DNA of 64,000 bases from Myxococcales bacterium (GCA_016792845.1 JAEUKH010000018.1:202984-266983); one strand, 5' to 3'. Counted from the stretch's first letter, positions 17,744 through 27,551 are shown. Numbers and translations: made by a program. Notes: generated by a model from the letters alone, not told the origin.

Positions 17744-19558
17744 TCAGCGAACCCGCGCGAACTGGTAGCGCGGGGTGATGGTGACGCCGCTGGTGTTCTG
17801 GCCGCGAATGCCCACGATGAGCTCGTCGCCGTTGACCTGGTAGACCAGCGAACCGGGCACGCCGCTGCCGCCCGGGGGGCAGGTCGCTTGCAGCGTCAGG
17901 GTGTTGCCCATCGCCGTAATATTGCCCGCGAACGAGAGCGGGATCTCGCGCGCCACGCGGATGCCCGCGCCGATCACCAGGGTGAGGCCCGTGTTGAGGT
18001 CGACCCTGAGGCTGTTGTCGGTGGTCCACACCTGGCCGCGGCCGTTGATGCCCGACTCGGCGAGGTTGATCATCCCGGCGCCGGTGTTGGCCGTGTCGAG
18101 GTAGTAGGTGACCCGGCGAAGCTCCCAGCGACCCGCCGGCAAGGGGCCGCCGGTCAGCGCAGGGGGGTCGCCCACCACGATCTGGCCGCTGCCGAGGGCG
18201 AGGTTGCCCATCGCGCCCGTCTCAGCGCACGCGCCCGGCGTGTAGGGCGTCTCGGGGCCTACGTTGATGGCCTCATCGCAGTACCGCGTGCTCGGCGGCG
18301 GCGTCACGTACGCGAAGTTGAAGCACATCTCGTCGGCGGTGCGAGAGCCCGAGCGCACGGGGCTCGCGGTGGGGTTGTTGAAGTTGCACCGGGTGATGAT
18401 CCGGTCGCCCTCGTTGAAGGTGTACGGGAGCTCGTAAAAGAGCTGCGACTCGAACTGCCACCCTTGGAGCGCCACCATGGGCTCGGTGCTGCCGCTGCGG
18501 CGCCGGATGGTCTCTTCGAAGGTCGTCCCGACGACGTGCATGTGCGGCATGCCCGCGAGCATGCGAGAGCCCGCGCGCAGGGTGCAGGCGCTCTCGGCGC
18601 GGGCCGTCGAGCGGGCCGGGATGGTGAAGCCCACAGGCCCGATGGCCACCATGCCGTACTCCGTCCCCGTGGCGGGGGCGTGGTAGAGCCGCACGCCCGA
18701 GTTGTCAGAGATGCCCTCGCGCATCGTGCCGTTGTTGTAGTGAATCTGCATCACGAGGCGCTGCCCCGGCGTCACCCGCAGCCCGCCTTCGGGAAACTGA
18801 AGCGCGTTCTCGCCGGGCGCCCACGCGTAGAGGTACTGGCTCCCCTCGGGCATGTCGTTGCAGCGGAAGGGCTGCGTCGGCGCGTTCTGCTCGGGGTCGC
18901 GCAAGAGCACCACGTGGTGCAACACCTCGCTGCGGTCGATGATCATCTCGAAGCGACGGATGAAGCGGTCTTGCGTCACCGGCACGGTGAAGGTGAAGCA
19001 CTGGTAGAGGTCTCGGTCGTTGACCCCGACGGCCCAGTTGTTGGCGCGAATGTCGAACGACTCGAGCCCCGCAGGCGGCGCTTCGGGTGAGCGGAAGCGC
19101 GGCGCCGACGCGCGGAGCCCCATGCCCGGCGCGGGGGTCTGGGCGCCGCAGCTCGCCCACTGAACGATCGACGCGGCCACGTCGTCGGTCGGCGCGGGGG
19201 TGCCCGCGGGCGGCATCGTGTGCGCCATCATGCGGGCCACCATCCGGTCGACCCGGCGCGAACCCGCCGCCCCGGCGACGTTGGCGTCGTAGTCGAGGAG
19301 CGAGTGCGGGGCGCCGAACTGCGGGCTCGCCGCGTGACAGTTGCCGCACTGCCGCTGCACCTGCGCGCGCACCGTGGCCTCCCATGCGGCGCGGTCGGGC
19401 ACGCACACCCCCGGCCCCGCGTCGACCGCCCCGTCGCGGGCCGCGTCGCTCACCGCCGCGTCGTTCGAGGCCGCCGGAGGCGTCGACGCACCACACCCCG
19501 CCAGCGTCGCGGCGATCACCCATGCCCGAGGCCCAAGCACCTTTGTCATGGGCGGCAC
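17744..19558 (-). CDS. lipoprotein with a c-type heme motif (CxxCH) and a copper type-II monooxygenase-like (PHM/DBH) domain
   Basis: Lipobox ATLAGCGAS, then QCGNCH. The pairs HHVVL...HYNNG and HMHVVG...EMCFNFAY match the CuH (HH..H) and CuM (HxH..M) ligand spacing of PHM/DBH. Confidence 0.75.
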   Translation of the reverse strand: MPPMTKVLGPRAWVIAATLAGCGASTPPAASNDAAVSDAARDGAVDAGPGVCVPDRAAWEATVRAQVQRQCGNCHAASPQFGAPHSLLDYDANVAGAAGSRRVDRMVARMMAHTMPPAGTPAPTDDVAASIVQWASCGAQTPAPGMGLRASAPRFRSPEAPPAGLESFDIRANNWAVGVNDRDLYQCFTFTVPVTQDRFIRRFEMIIDRSEVLHHVVLLRDPEQNAPTQPFRCNDMPEGSQYLYAWAPGENALQFPEGGLRVTPGQRLVMQIHYNNGTMREGISDNSGVRLYHAPATGTEYGMVAIGPVGFTIPARSTARAESACTLRAGSRMLAGMPHMHVVGTTFEETIRRRSGSTEPMVALQGWQFESQLFYELPYTFNEGDRIITRCNFNNPTASPVRSGSRTADEMCFNFAYVTPPPSTRYCDEAINVGPETPYTPGACAETGAMGNLALGSGQIVVGDPPALTGGPLPAGRWELRRVTYYLDTANTGAGMINLAESGINGRGQVWTTDNSLRVDLNTGLTLVIGAGIRVAREIPLSFAGNITAMGNTLTLQATCPPGGSGVPGSLVYQVNGDELIVGIRGQNTSGVTITPRYQFARVR

Positions 19559-19606
19559 TGTACCAGATCGTCGCAGCGCCGCCGCACGCCGCGATGCACG
19601 AAAATC

Positions 19607-20427
19607 TCAGCGAATCTCGACGCGACCGAGGTTCAACATCGTGGGGCGCTGAACCCGCAGGCGCACATACCGCACCGCGACGCCCTGGGCCTCGCAGCGG
19701 TAGAAATAGAAGGCCTCGCGGCGCTCGCAGAAGGTCTGCCAGCTGCGCCCATCGCGCGAGCCCTCGACGGTGAGCGGTACGGCCCAGTCTTGGTGATCGT
19801 CGAGGCGGTTCTGCACCCAGACCGTCGAGACCGGCCGGAGAACCCCGAGGTCGAAGCGCAGCCAGGGCTCTGACTCGATGGCCGTCTGGAAGAAGATGTT
19901 GGGACGCCCTTCGAGGGGGTGAAACCCGCGGCCCTCGGCGAGGTACGGCGCCGTGGCCGAGCTCGCGCGCCACGCCGCCGCGGCGGCCAGCTCGGGCCTC
20001 AGCGCGGCGCGCACACGCTTCGCGGTCAGCCCGACGCCCGCCGCCACCAGCGCCACCAGCGCCACCCGGAGGCCGCGATGAAAGGCCCTCAACCCTGGGC
20101 CCCCGAGCGCCTCGGTGCCCGCCTCGACCAAGGCCTGCGCGTGCTCGAAGCGCGCCGACGCGAGCGCCTCGGGCCCCGGGTCGCGCAAAGGCGCAGGCGC
20201 GGCGCGGCTCTCGTCGAGGGCCGCGAAGGTCGCGTCGAGGGCGGCGTGGGCGGCCGCGTTCGCGGTGTCAGCGTGCCAGCCTTCGCCCCACCGCGTGGCC
20301 ACCGGGTCGAGGGCCACGGCCGCCTCGGCGAGGTAGGCCCGGGCCGCTTCGAGCGCGCGGGCGTGGTCGGCGGTGGCCCCCTCGGGGCGCGCCGGACCGA
20401 GGAGCCAGCGCTTCAAATCACGGGCGA
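19607..20427 (-). CDS. F5/8 type C (discoidin) domain protein; the start is uncertain
   Basis: The C-terminal 150 aa (GRPNIFFQTAIESEPWLRFDLG...WAVPLTVEGSRDGRSWQ...VRYVRLRV) fit the discoidin fold. Only the part not overlapping the + strand GT-C gene is kept. GTG start is provisional. Confidence 0.5.
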
Positions 20428-20515
20428 AGGTCACCACAACGGCGCCGACCGTACACGATCCGGGGAGCCTTGACAGCAAGACCGCGATGATGGTCGATCG
20501 CGCGCCGGAGCGTGC

Positions 20516-22426
20516 ATGGGTTGGGTCGTCTGGGTTGTCGAATCGTTGTTGTGTCTTGCGGCGTCGTACACGGCGGCGGTGGCCCTCTACCGCGACCGGG
20601 GCACCCTTGATCGCGCGGTGACGGCGGGGGTGTTGGGCACCTTCTTGCCGTTGCTGCTGATGCATCTGACGGCGTTTGCGCACCGGCTTGAGCCTGTGAC
20701 CTTGGGCCTCGCGTCGACGGCGGTGTTCGGCGCCACGGCGGCCCTCGCGGTGCGTTCGCTCGGGGGGCGGGTCGAGGGCGTCGCGCGGTTGAGAGAGACC
20801 GCGCGGCACGACCTTGGGGGCTTCGGGCGGCTCGTCCGCGAGGCGCTGCAGGCGCGTGAGGTGGCGGTGTTCGCCGCGGTGCCTGCGCTCCTCGCGGCGG
20901 GCACCGTGATGCTGATGTGCTGGTACTACCGCTCGTGGACGTGGGACCCGGTCTGGTACCATGTGCCGAAGACCTCGTACGCGATCCAAGAGCGCTCGTT
21001 CGACTGGCTCTCGACCCCGAACATTTGGACGCAGGGCAACCCCCACAACGTCGAGATTTTGTCGGTGTGGCACTGCATCTGGCAGCGCGACAACCGCCTC
21101 GACGACGCCGCCCAGGTGCCCTTTCTGTTCTTCGGTTGGGCCGTCATCGCAGCCTGGGCGCGGCGCATCGGCGCGTCGCGGAGCCTCGCCTTCGCGGCCG
21201 GCGCGGTCTGGGTGGCCATGCCGCCGGTGTACCTCCAGGCCCACTCGACCCACGCCGATGTGGTGTGGAACAGCCTCTTCACCGCGGCCATTTACTTCAC
21301 CCTCGGCGCCCCCGAGCGGCGCGACCGCTGGATGGGCTTTCTCTGCTGGGGGCTCTTCCTCGGCACCAAGTACACGGGGCTCTTTCACCTCGCGCTTTGG
21401 GGCCCGTGGCTCCTCGGGCGCGCCGTGTACGAGGTCTGGCACCTACCCGGGCGGCGCCTCGCGCGGAGCCTCGACGTGGCCGCCTCGGGGCTCTTCGCGC
21501 TGGTCTTGGGCTGCTTCAAGTACCTCCAGAATCTGAAGCACACGGGCAACTTCATGTTCCCCTTCGAGGTGCAGATCCGATCGATCGGGTTGCACCTTCC
21601 GGGGCCCTCGAACCCGAGCCAAGAGTACGGCTCCGCGCCGGGTGAGAGCCCGACCTTCTTCGGCGCCCCCAACGCCCTCCAAGAGCTGGTGAGCAGCTGG
21701 TACAACGACCGACCGTTCTACTGCCCCGACGTGCGCTCGGGCGGCTTCGGGCCTGTGTTCCGCTGGCTGCTGCTTTTCGCCGTGATCGCGGTGACCCTCG
21801 ACATGCTTCGGGGCCGCAACTGGCGCCGCGGCTTGCTCCCGCTGGCGCTCTTCGTCGAAGCGCTGCAGGTGCCCGTGCCGTACATGACCCGCTTCATCCT
21901 CTCTGCGGGTTGCGCGTCGCTGGTGTTGTTCTGCGTGATGCACCGCGAGCTGAGCTACCGGCCGCTTCGCTTCGCGGTCTCGCTCGCGCTGGTGGCGCTC
22001 ACCTGGCACGGATACGACGAGGGCTACCGCGGCTTCATCGTGCACCCGCGGTATTTCGCAGAGGCCCGCGGGTTGGGCCCCGCCGACCGCGCCGCGATGC
22101 AGATCGACACCTTTCTCTGGCCCTCGAACTGGTCGCGCGCCAAAGAGCGCGAGCTCGGCCCCGGCGACGTGCTCGCGTACGACGAGGGCGTTCACTTTCT
22201 GGCCGAGCTCTGGTCACACGATTACGACCACCGGGTCGAGTTCGTGTCGAGCCAGGGCGACCCGCAGCGGTACCTCGCGCGGCTGCGAGGGATGCGTGCC
22301 AAATGGGTGGGCGTCACCGTCGGCACGCCCGCCGAGGCCGCGCTCCGTGAGGCCGGGGCGACGTGGTTGTTTCACACCCCCGACTCGCCCATGGCCATGT
22401 ACCGAATGCCAAGCCCCCCGCGGTGA
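20516..22426 (+). CDS. GT-C fold membrane glycosyltransferase (PMT/ArnT-like, polyprenyl-phosphate-sugar dependent)
   Basis: More than 10 TM helices with Trp/Tyr-rich periplasmic loops and a C-terminal soluble domain. First of three tandem paralogs. Confidence 0.7.
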   Translation: MGWVVWVVESLLCLAASYTAAVALYRDRGTLDRAVTAGVLGTFLPLLLMHLTAFAHRLEPVTLGLASTAVFGATAALAVRSLGGRVEGVARLRETARHDLGGFGRLVREALQAREVAVFAAVPALLAAGTVMLMCWYYRSWTWDPVWYHVPKTSYAIQERSFDWLSTPNIWTQGNPHNVEILSVWHCIWQRDNRLDDAAQVPFLFFGWAVIAAWARRIGASRSLAFAAGAVWVAMPPVYLQAHSTHADVVWNSLFTAAIYFTLGAPERRDRWMGFLCWGLFLGTKYTGLFHLALWGPWLLGRAVYEVWHLPGRRLARSLDVAASGLFALVLGCFKYLQNLKHTGNFMFPFEVQIRSIGLHLPGPSNPSQEYGSAPGESPTFFGAPNALQELVSSWYNDRPFYCPDVRSGGFGPVFRWLLLFAVIAVTLDMLRGRNWRRGLLPLALFVEALQVPVPYMTRFILSAGCASLVLFCVMHRELSYRPLRFAVSLALVALTWHGYDEGYRGFIVHPRYFAEARGLGPADRAAMQIDTFLWPSNWSRAKERELGPGDVLAYDEGVHFLAELWSHDYDHRVEFVSSQGDPQRYLARLRGMRAKWVGVTVGTPAEAALREAGATWLFHTPDSPMAMYRMPSPPR

Positions 22427-23565
22427 GACCGTGGCTCCGCGGCCCCCTCGCCGCGCTCGTCGTCACCCGCGCGCTGCTCTTCGCCGCCGCCTGGGTATCC
22501 CCTCGATGGGACGGCTTCTTCTACCTCCGCTTCGCCGCGCGCCTCGCCGCGGGCCTCGGCTACGTCGACCTCGCGCGCAGCGCCGTGCCCACGGCCTTCT
22601 ACCCGGTCGGGTTTGTGGCCGCGTGGTCGTGGGCGCTGCGCCTCGTCGGCACCCCGCGCGGGTCGCTCTTTTTGCTCCACCTCGCGGCCTCGGCGGCGGG
22701 CTGCGCGGCGGTGATGGTCGGCACCCGGCGGCTCCGCGACGAGGCCACGGCGAGGCGCGCGGGGTGGTGCTTCGTGCTGCACCCGGGCTTCGCGCTGTGG
22801 TCGCTCGCAGCGATGAGCGAGACCCTCACGGCGAGCCTCCTCGCGGTGGCCTTCGCGGCGCACGCGACGCGGCGCTGGTGGCTCCTCGGGCTCAGCGTGG
22901 GGCTCGCGACCCTCGTGCGCCCGCCGTCGGTGTGGGTGCTGGCCGTGGCGCTCTGCGCGGCGGGGCCCCTGCGCGCGCGGTTGAAGCGCCTCGCCTGCGC
23001 GGGCCTCGTGGCGGCGGCGGTGCTCGCGCCCTGGGCCGCGCGAAACTGTGTCACCCTCGACCGCTGCGCGATGGTAAGCACCAACGCCGGCATCAACCTC
23101 TACATCGGCGCCCTCGACGAGGCCCACGGCGGATACATCTTGCCCGCGCCGCGGGTCGAGTGTGAGCGCGCCGCGGGTGAGGTCGCCCGCGACCGTTGTT
23201 ACCTCGCCGCGGCCCGCGACCGCATCGCCGCGAGGCCCTGGGCGTGGGCGCTTCGAGGCGCCGAGAAGCTGGCGGTGACCTTCGGCGTCGAGCACGACCC
23301 GGTCGCGTACCTCCGTGCGCCGCGGCCGCTCTCTCGCGACCCCTGGGGCCTCGCGCTGACGGCCCTCTGCACCCTCGGCTGGTGGGCGACCCTCGGCGCG
23401 ACCCTCGCCTCGCTCTGGCGCCAGCGCACCCACGACGCGGCCCGCGCGGCGGCCCTGGTGCTCGGCCTCACGGCCCTCACCCACGCGGTCTTTCTCGGCG
23501 CCGATCGGTACCACCTGGTGCTCTTGGGGTGGTGCGCGCCGTGGGCCGTTCAGAGGCGACCGTGA
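22423..23565 (+). CDS. GT-C fold membrane glycosyltransferase (ArnT/PMT-like)
   Basis: The motifs YPVGF, AARNCV, NAGINLYIGAL and GADRYH are shared with the next paralog. GTG start overlaps the upstream stop by 4 nt. Confidence 0.75.
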   Translation: MRPWLRGPLAALVVTRALLFAAAWVSPRWDGFFYLRFAARLAAGLGYVDLARSAVPTAFYPVGFVAAWSWALRLVGTPRGSLFLLHLAASAAGCAAVMVGTRRLRDEATARRAGWCFVLHPGFALWSLAAMSETLTASLLAVAFAAHATRRWWLLGLSVGLATLVRPPSVWVLAVALCAAGPLRARLKRLACAGLVAAAVLAPWAARNCVTLDRCAMVSTNAGINLYIGALDEAHGGYILPAPRVECERAAGEVARDRCYLAAARDRIAARPWAWALRGAEKLAVTFGVEHDPVAYLRAPRPLSRDPWGLALTALCTLGWWATLGATLASLWRQRTHDAARAAALVLGLTALTHAVFLGADRYHLVLLGWCAPWAVQRRP

Positions 23566-24827
23566 CGCGGGCGAGCGCGTACTGGGCGCTCGTCGCGGCC
23601 GCGCTGCGCTTCGGCGTCGCGCGGGGCCTCGACCTGCGCCCCGCATGGGACGCCACCCTCTACCTCCGCGCCGCCGAGGGCCTCGCCCGCGGTGAGGGCT
23701 ACCACTGCGGCATGTTCGGCCCCGCGGCCGACCCGTCGGTGCCGACGGCCTTCTACCCCGTCGGGCTCCCGGCCTGGCTGGCGCTGTTCTTCGCCCTCCT
23801 CGGGGCCCACCCGTGGGTCTGGCAGCTCGCAGGCGCCCTCGCAGGGGCCCTCTCGGTGGGTCTGACGCACCACCTCACCCACACGCTCGGATCGCCCAGA
23901 CGGGCCCACCTCGCGGCGGCGTTGGCGTGCTTCGCCCCGGGCGCGGTGGTCTGGTCGGGCGCGCCCATGACCGAGACGGTGTGGGGCGCGTCGCTCTTGG
24001 CGATGGTGGCGCTCGGTCGAGGCCCGGGCGGCCCTCGGTGGCGGGCCTTCGGCGCGGGCACGCTCCTGGCGGCGGCGAGCTATTTGCGCCCCAATGCGTT
24101 GGCGCTGGGCGCCGTGGTGGCCGCGGCGGGCGACGGCACGCGGCGCGCGCGGGCGCACCTCGCGGTGGCCAGCACCGTGGTCGCCCTCGCATGGATCGCC
24201 CCATGGACCGCGCGCAACTGCGTCTCGGTCGACGGGTGCCTCTTGCTGAGCGCCAACGGGGGCAGCAACCTCGCCATCGGCGCCCTCCCGCGCGGCGAGG
24301 GCACTTACTTTCAGCTGAGGCCGAGCGAGGGGTGCCCGCTCACGGTGGTGGGCGACGCGGCCCGCGACGCGTGCTGGCGACGGGTGGCGCGTCGGGCCAT
24401 CGCGCGCGACCCCGCGGGGTGGCTCCGGCGGATGCCCGGCAAGCTCGCGCACACGCTCGAATACGAGCGATTCGTGACGAGCTACGCGGAAGAGGGCGCG
24501 CCCGGTCGGTGGAGCCCCGCGGCGCGGGCCTGGGCCGACCGATGGCTCTTTACGGGCGCCTGGCGCGCGCTCCTGGTCTTGGCGCTCTTGGGCCTCGCGA
24601 CGGGCGGCCGCCCCCCGGGGGTGATTCGGCAGAGCCTCGCGGTGATCGCGGCGGTGCTCGGCACCCACGCGGTGTTCTTCGGCGGAGACCGCTACCATGT
24701 GCCGCTCGTGCCCTTCTTCGCGATGCTGGCCTCGCGCGCTTTTCTTGCCATCGAGACGCCGTGGAATCGGGGCCCCGGCGCCCCCGACGGCACGCCCCGG
24801 GCGGCGCCTCGGGAGCTCTCCGGGTGA
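23562..24827 (+). CDS. GT-C fold membrane glycosyltransferase (ArnT/PMT-like), paralog of the preceding gene
   Basis: FYPVGLPAW, TARNCVSVDGCLLLSANGGSNLAIGAL and GGDRYHVPL match the preceding gene. GTG start overlaps the upstream stop by 4 nt. Confidence 0.75.
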   Translation: MTRASAYWALVAAALRFGVARGLDLRPAWDATLYLRAAEGLARGEGYHCGMFGPAADPSVPTAFYPVGLPAWLALFFALLGAHPWVWQLAGALAGALSVGLTHHLTHTLGSPRRAHLAAALACFAPGAVVWSGAPMTETVWGASLLAMVALGRGPGGPRWRAFGAGTLLAAASYLRPNALALGAVVAAAGDGTRRARAHLAVASTVVALAWIAPWTARNCVSVDGCLLLSANGGSNLAIGALPRGEGTYFQLRPSEGCPLTVVGDAARDACWRRVARRAIARDPAGWLRRMPGKLAHTLEYERFVTSYAEEGAPGRWSPAARAWADRWLFTGAWRALLVLALLGLATGGRPPGVIRQSLAVIAAVLGTHAVFFGGDRYHVPLVPFFAMLASRAFLAIETPWNRGPGAPDGTPRAAPRELSG

Positions 24828-25110
24828 GCCTCCGGCGCGCCCAAACCGCGGGCGTTTTCGCGGAGTCGACGAAATCACTTCTCTCGCTGAAAAGTTCGCG
24901 CTCGGTGAGAGTGTCCGTAGAGTCTCACCACTGCCGCGACGCCGCGGCCAGAGCACACGCCACGCGGTGTCGACGTGGGTGCGCGAGGCAACACGCTCCC
25001 TCACCGGAGCCGTGACCGGCCCCGCGCGCCACGTAGGTGACCTCGCATGTGGAGGGTTCGTGGGGGCTCCTGGTCGTCGGCGCTCGTTTCCCGCGGCACC
25101 GTAGGGACGC

Positions 25111-27438
25111 ATGGCCGTTTTCGACCTCCACCTGCAACTTCGTACGAACCTCGCCTCGGGCGCCCAAGCGGCCCTCCGCGGCGCCGCCGCGACGCTCCGA
25201 AGCGCCGAGGTCGGCCCCTCGGTCTCGACGAGCCTCACCCTCGAACTTGCCGGCGAGCGCTGCGACGCAGCGAACCGTCTCGACCACGCGGCCTGCCTCC
25301 TCCGCGACCTCGCCGAGGCCGCCCTCGCCTTGGCCGACGGCCGCGCCCACCGCAAGACTGTGCGCGCCTACGACACCGCCTGGGAGCTCAGCCTCTCGCT
25401 CACGGCGGGCGCCTTCCTCGCGAGCCTGTACCGCACCGGCGCGGCCCCCGAGGTGCGGGCCGTCGACGTGCGCCTCGCGCCGCCCCTCCTCGTGAGCGCC
25501 CTCCGCGCGAGCCTCGACCGCCTCGGCAAGCTCCTCGACCCGACCTTCGTCACGGGCCTCGACGCGCTCATCACCCGCCTCGACGCCGTCGACCCGCGCG
25601 CGCTCGAAGCCCCGGCGCGCCACGACGACGCGCGCATCCAATGGCAGAGCGGCGCCACCCGGCGCGGCGAGCTCGCCCTCTCGTTCGACGCGGTGACCCC
25701 TGGGGCGTACCTCGAAACCCGCCGCGAGGCCCCCCAGAGCGACCTCGGCGCCCTCTTGATGAAGGGCAAGGTGGCCATGCATTTTCGCGGGCACCGCGCC
25801 GATCTGGGTACGGGTCATGTATTTCTGCACGTCGAGCGCCTGGTCGCCCTCTGCCGCCCGCTCATCGAGGCGTGGGCCGCGCGGCGCGCGTTTCACCTCC
25901 GCGCCCACGTCGGGAGCTGCACCGTGGGGGTGCGCCTCTCGGCCGACGAGCGCCTCGCGGTGTCGGTCTCGCGGAGCGTCGACGGCGGCATCACGGTGCC
26001 CTCGCTGAGCCTCCGGGCCTTCGTCGACCCGATCCTCGACGCGGCGCTGGCGCTCTGCACGGCGGTGGTGCAGTCAGACCGGGCGCTCTCGCGCAACCTC
26101 AGGCTCCGCGCGCTGCGCAGCGAGGCCCGCGATCTTCGGCATTGGCTCCGCACCCTCGACCGCGCCGACGGCAAGGTGAACGACGACCCCTCGCGGTACC
26201 AGGTTTCGCCCGTCGCGGCCGACCTCCGCGCGAAGAACGAGCCCGACCTCACGCAGTCGACCCGGCTCCGATACGCGGCGCGCTGGCGGGCTGAGATCGA
26301 AGGGCTCGACCTCGCCGGTACGCTCCTCTGCGGCGACAAGCTCGTGGTGCCGGGCACCCGCGAGCTGCACGCCCTCGACCGCGCGACGGGCAACGCCGTG
26401 TGGTCGGTGGCCGCGCCGAAGGCCAGCACCACCCTCGCGGGAGAAGACATCCTGCGCGTCTCGGGCCGCGGCGAGGTCGAGCTCCGCGCCGTCTCGACGG
26501 GCGAGGTCGTGTGGAGCACCCGCCTCGCGCCCCGGGTCGGCGCCCCCATCCTCGCGCACGCGGTGACCGCGCCGGGCCTGCCGCGGGTGGTGGTCGTCGC
26601 CGAGGGAGAGCGCAAGCTCGTCGCCCTCGATTTGCGCACCGGCGAGGCCCGATGGACCTTCGTCGCGCGGCACGGCAACACCTTTCGGCTGCGCCGCGCC
26701 GGGCGGCTCCTGGTGGTGACCTCGGGCGACGCCTCGGTGACGGCCATCGACCTCGCGAGCGGCGAGGTGGTGTGGCGCTACGCCGACCGGGTGGCCTTTC
26801 ACGCCTCGGCCCTGGTGCACCGCGAGATGGTCTTCGCCCTCGGCGGCGAGAGCACCCGGGGCCCCGCGCGCATCTACGCCCTCGGCGCCTTCACCGGCGC
26901 CCACGCGTGGACCCTCGAAGCGAGCGACCCCGCGTGCGGCCTGCCCTGCGCGACCGGCGACACCGTGGCCTTGCCGCTGAGCACCCGCGACGGCATCGTG
27001 CTCGCGGGCTACGACGTCGGCACGGGCGACGAGCGCTTTCGCACCCCCCTCGGCATCGCGGGCTTCGGCGGCGCGCGCCCCGCGGTGACGGCCTTCGACG
27101 ACCTGGTGGTCGCGAACCTCCCGACGGGTCGCGTGGTGGCCCTCGACGCCGCCACCGGCGCCACCCGGTGGACGCAGTCGTTCCGCGCGCCGGTGGCAGA
27201 CGACGTGCCGCGACGTCTCGACGTTCAGCTCCGGGCGGGCGCGCTCTTTGTGCCGCAGAGCAGCCTCGCGGTCTTGCGGCCCCGCGACGGCGCCGTCCTC
27301 GCCGAGGTCGACGCGTGCGATCTCGTGCCCGACCTCGTGCGCGTCGACGAGCACTGCGCCCTCTACGTCGCCGAAGAGAGCGGCCACCTCGGCTGCTTCG
27401 AGCTCGGCGCGCGGCTCCGGGTCATCCGCCCTGTCTGA
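25111..27438 (+). CDS. PQQ-like beta-propeller repeat protein (BamB-like) with a 400-aa N-terminal domain of unknown function
   Basis: The C-terminal half has at least six repeats of the G-x-x-W-[ST] type (GNAVWSVAA, GEVVWSTRL, GEARWTF, GEVVWRYA, GAHAWTL, GATRWTQ). The N-terminal half has no recognisable match. Confidence 0.7.
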   Translation: MAVFDLHLQLRTNLASGAQAALRGAAATLRSAEVGPSVSTSLTLELAGERCDAANRLDHAACLLRDLAEAALALADGRAHRKTVRAYDTAWELSLSLTAGAFLASLYRTGAAPEVRAVDVRLAPPLLVSALRASLDRLGKLLDPTFVTGLDALITRLDAVDPRALEAPARHDDARIQWQSGATRRGELALSFDAVTPGAYLETRREAPQSDLGALLMKGKVAMHFRGHRADLGTGHVFLHVERLVALCRPLIEAWAARRAFHLRAHVGSCTVGVRLSADERLAVSVSRSVDGGITVPSLSLRAFVDPILDAALALCTAVVQSDRALSRNLRLRALRSEARDLRHWLRTLDRADGKVNDDPSRYQVSPVAADLRAKNEPDLTQSTRLRYAARWRAEIEGLDLAGTLLCGDKLVVPGTRELHALDRATGNAVWSVAAPKASTTLAGEDILRVSGRGEVELRAVSTGEVVWSTRLAPRVGAPILAHAVTAPGLPRVVVVAEGERKLVALDLRTGEARWTFVARHGNTFRLRRAGRLLVVTSGDASVTAIDLASGEVVWRYADRVAFHASALVHREMVFALGGESTRGPARIYALGAFTGAHAWTLEASDPACGLPCATGDTVALPLSTRDGIVLAGYDVGTGDERFRTPLGIAGFGGARPAVTAFDDLVVANLPTGRVVALDAATGATRWTQSFRAPVADDVPRRLDVQLRAGALFVPQSSLAVLRPRDGAVLAEVDACDLVPDLVRVDEHCALYVAEESGHLGCFELGARLRVIRPV

Positions 27439-27477
27439 GCCCGCGGGTGCGCGGTGAGGCCCCCGACTCCGACCACT

Positions 27478-27551
27478 GAAACGGAGGAGGATTTGAACCC
27501 CCTACCCTCTGGTCTCTCACCAAATGCTCTACCAGGATGAGCTATCTGCTT
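27478..27551 (-). tRNA. tRNA-like element (cloverleaf with canonical D- and T-arms; non-canonical anticodon loop, identity unclear)
   Basis: Reverse complement reads AAGCAGA-TA-GCTCATCCTGGTAGAGC-A-TTTGG-TGAGAGA-CCAGA-GGGTA-GGGGGTTCAAATCCTCC-TCCGTTT. The acceptor stem pairs at 6 of 7 positions with one A:C mismatch. Position 33 is G rather than U. Confidence 0.45.

Noticed and set aside
16052-19090. 1012-aa + strand ORF
   Set aside because: Arg/Ala/Gly-rich low-complexity translation antisense to two well-supported minus-strand genes (the MYXO-CTERM protein and the Cu-monooxygenase lipoprotein). This is a typical high-GC antisense artefact.
20428-21442. N-terminal 330 aa of the 19607..21442 minus-strand ORF
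   Set aside because: Highly charged low-complexity translation overlapping the well-supported GT-C gene on the + strand. Only the C-terminal discoidin-domain part (19607..~20427) is kept.
23550-25355. 601-aa minus-strand ORF, and similar long ORFs at 4465..5349, 4715..5413, 8020..8889, 18705..19973, 22372..23646, 24925..25908, 26074..27387 and 33552..35042
   Set aside because: All are Arg/Pro/Ala-rich antisense or frame-shifted reads of genes supported by motifs on the other strand or frame.
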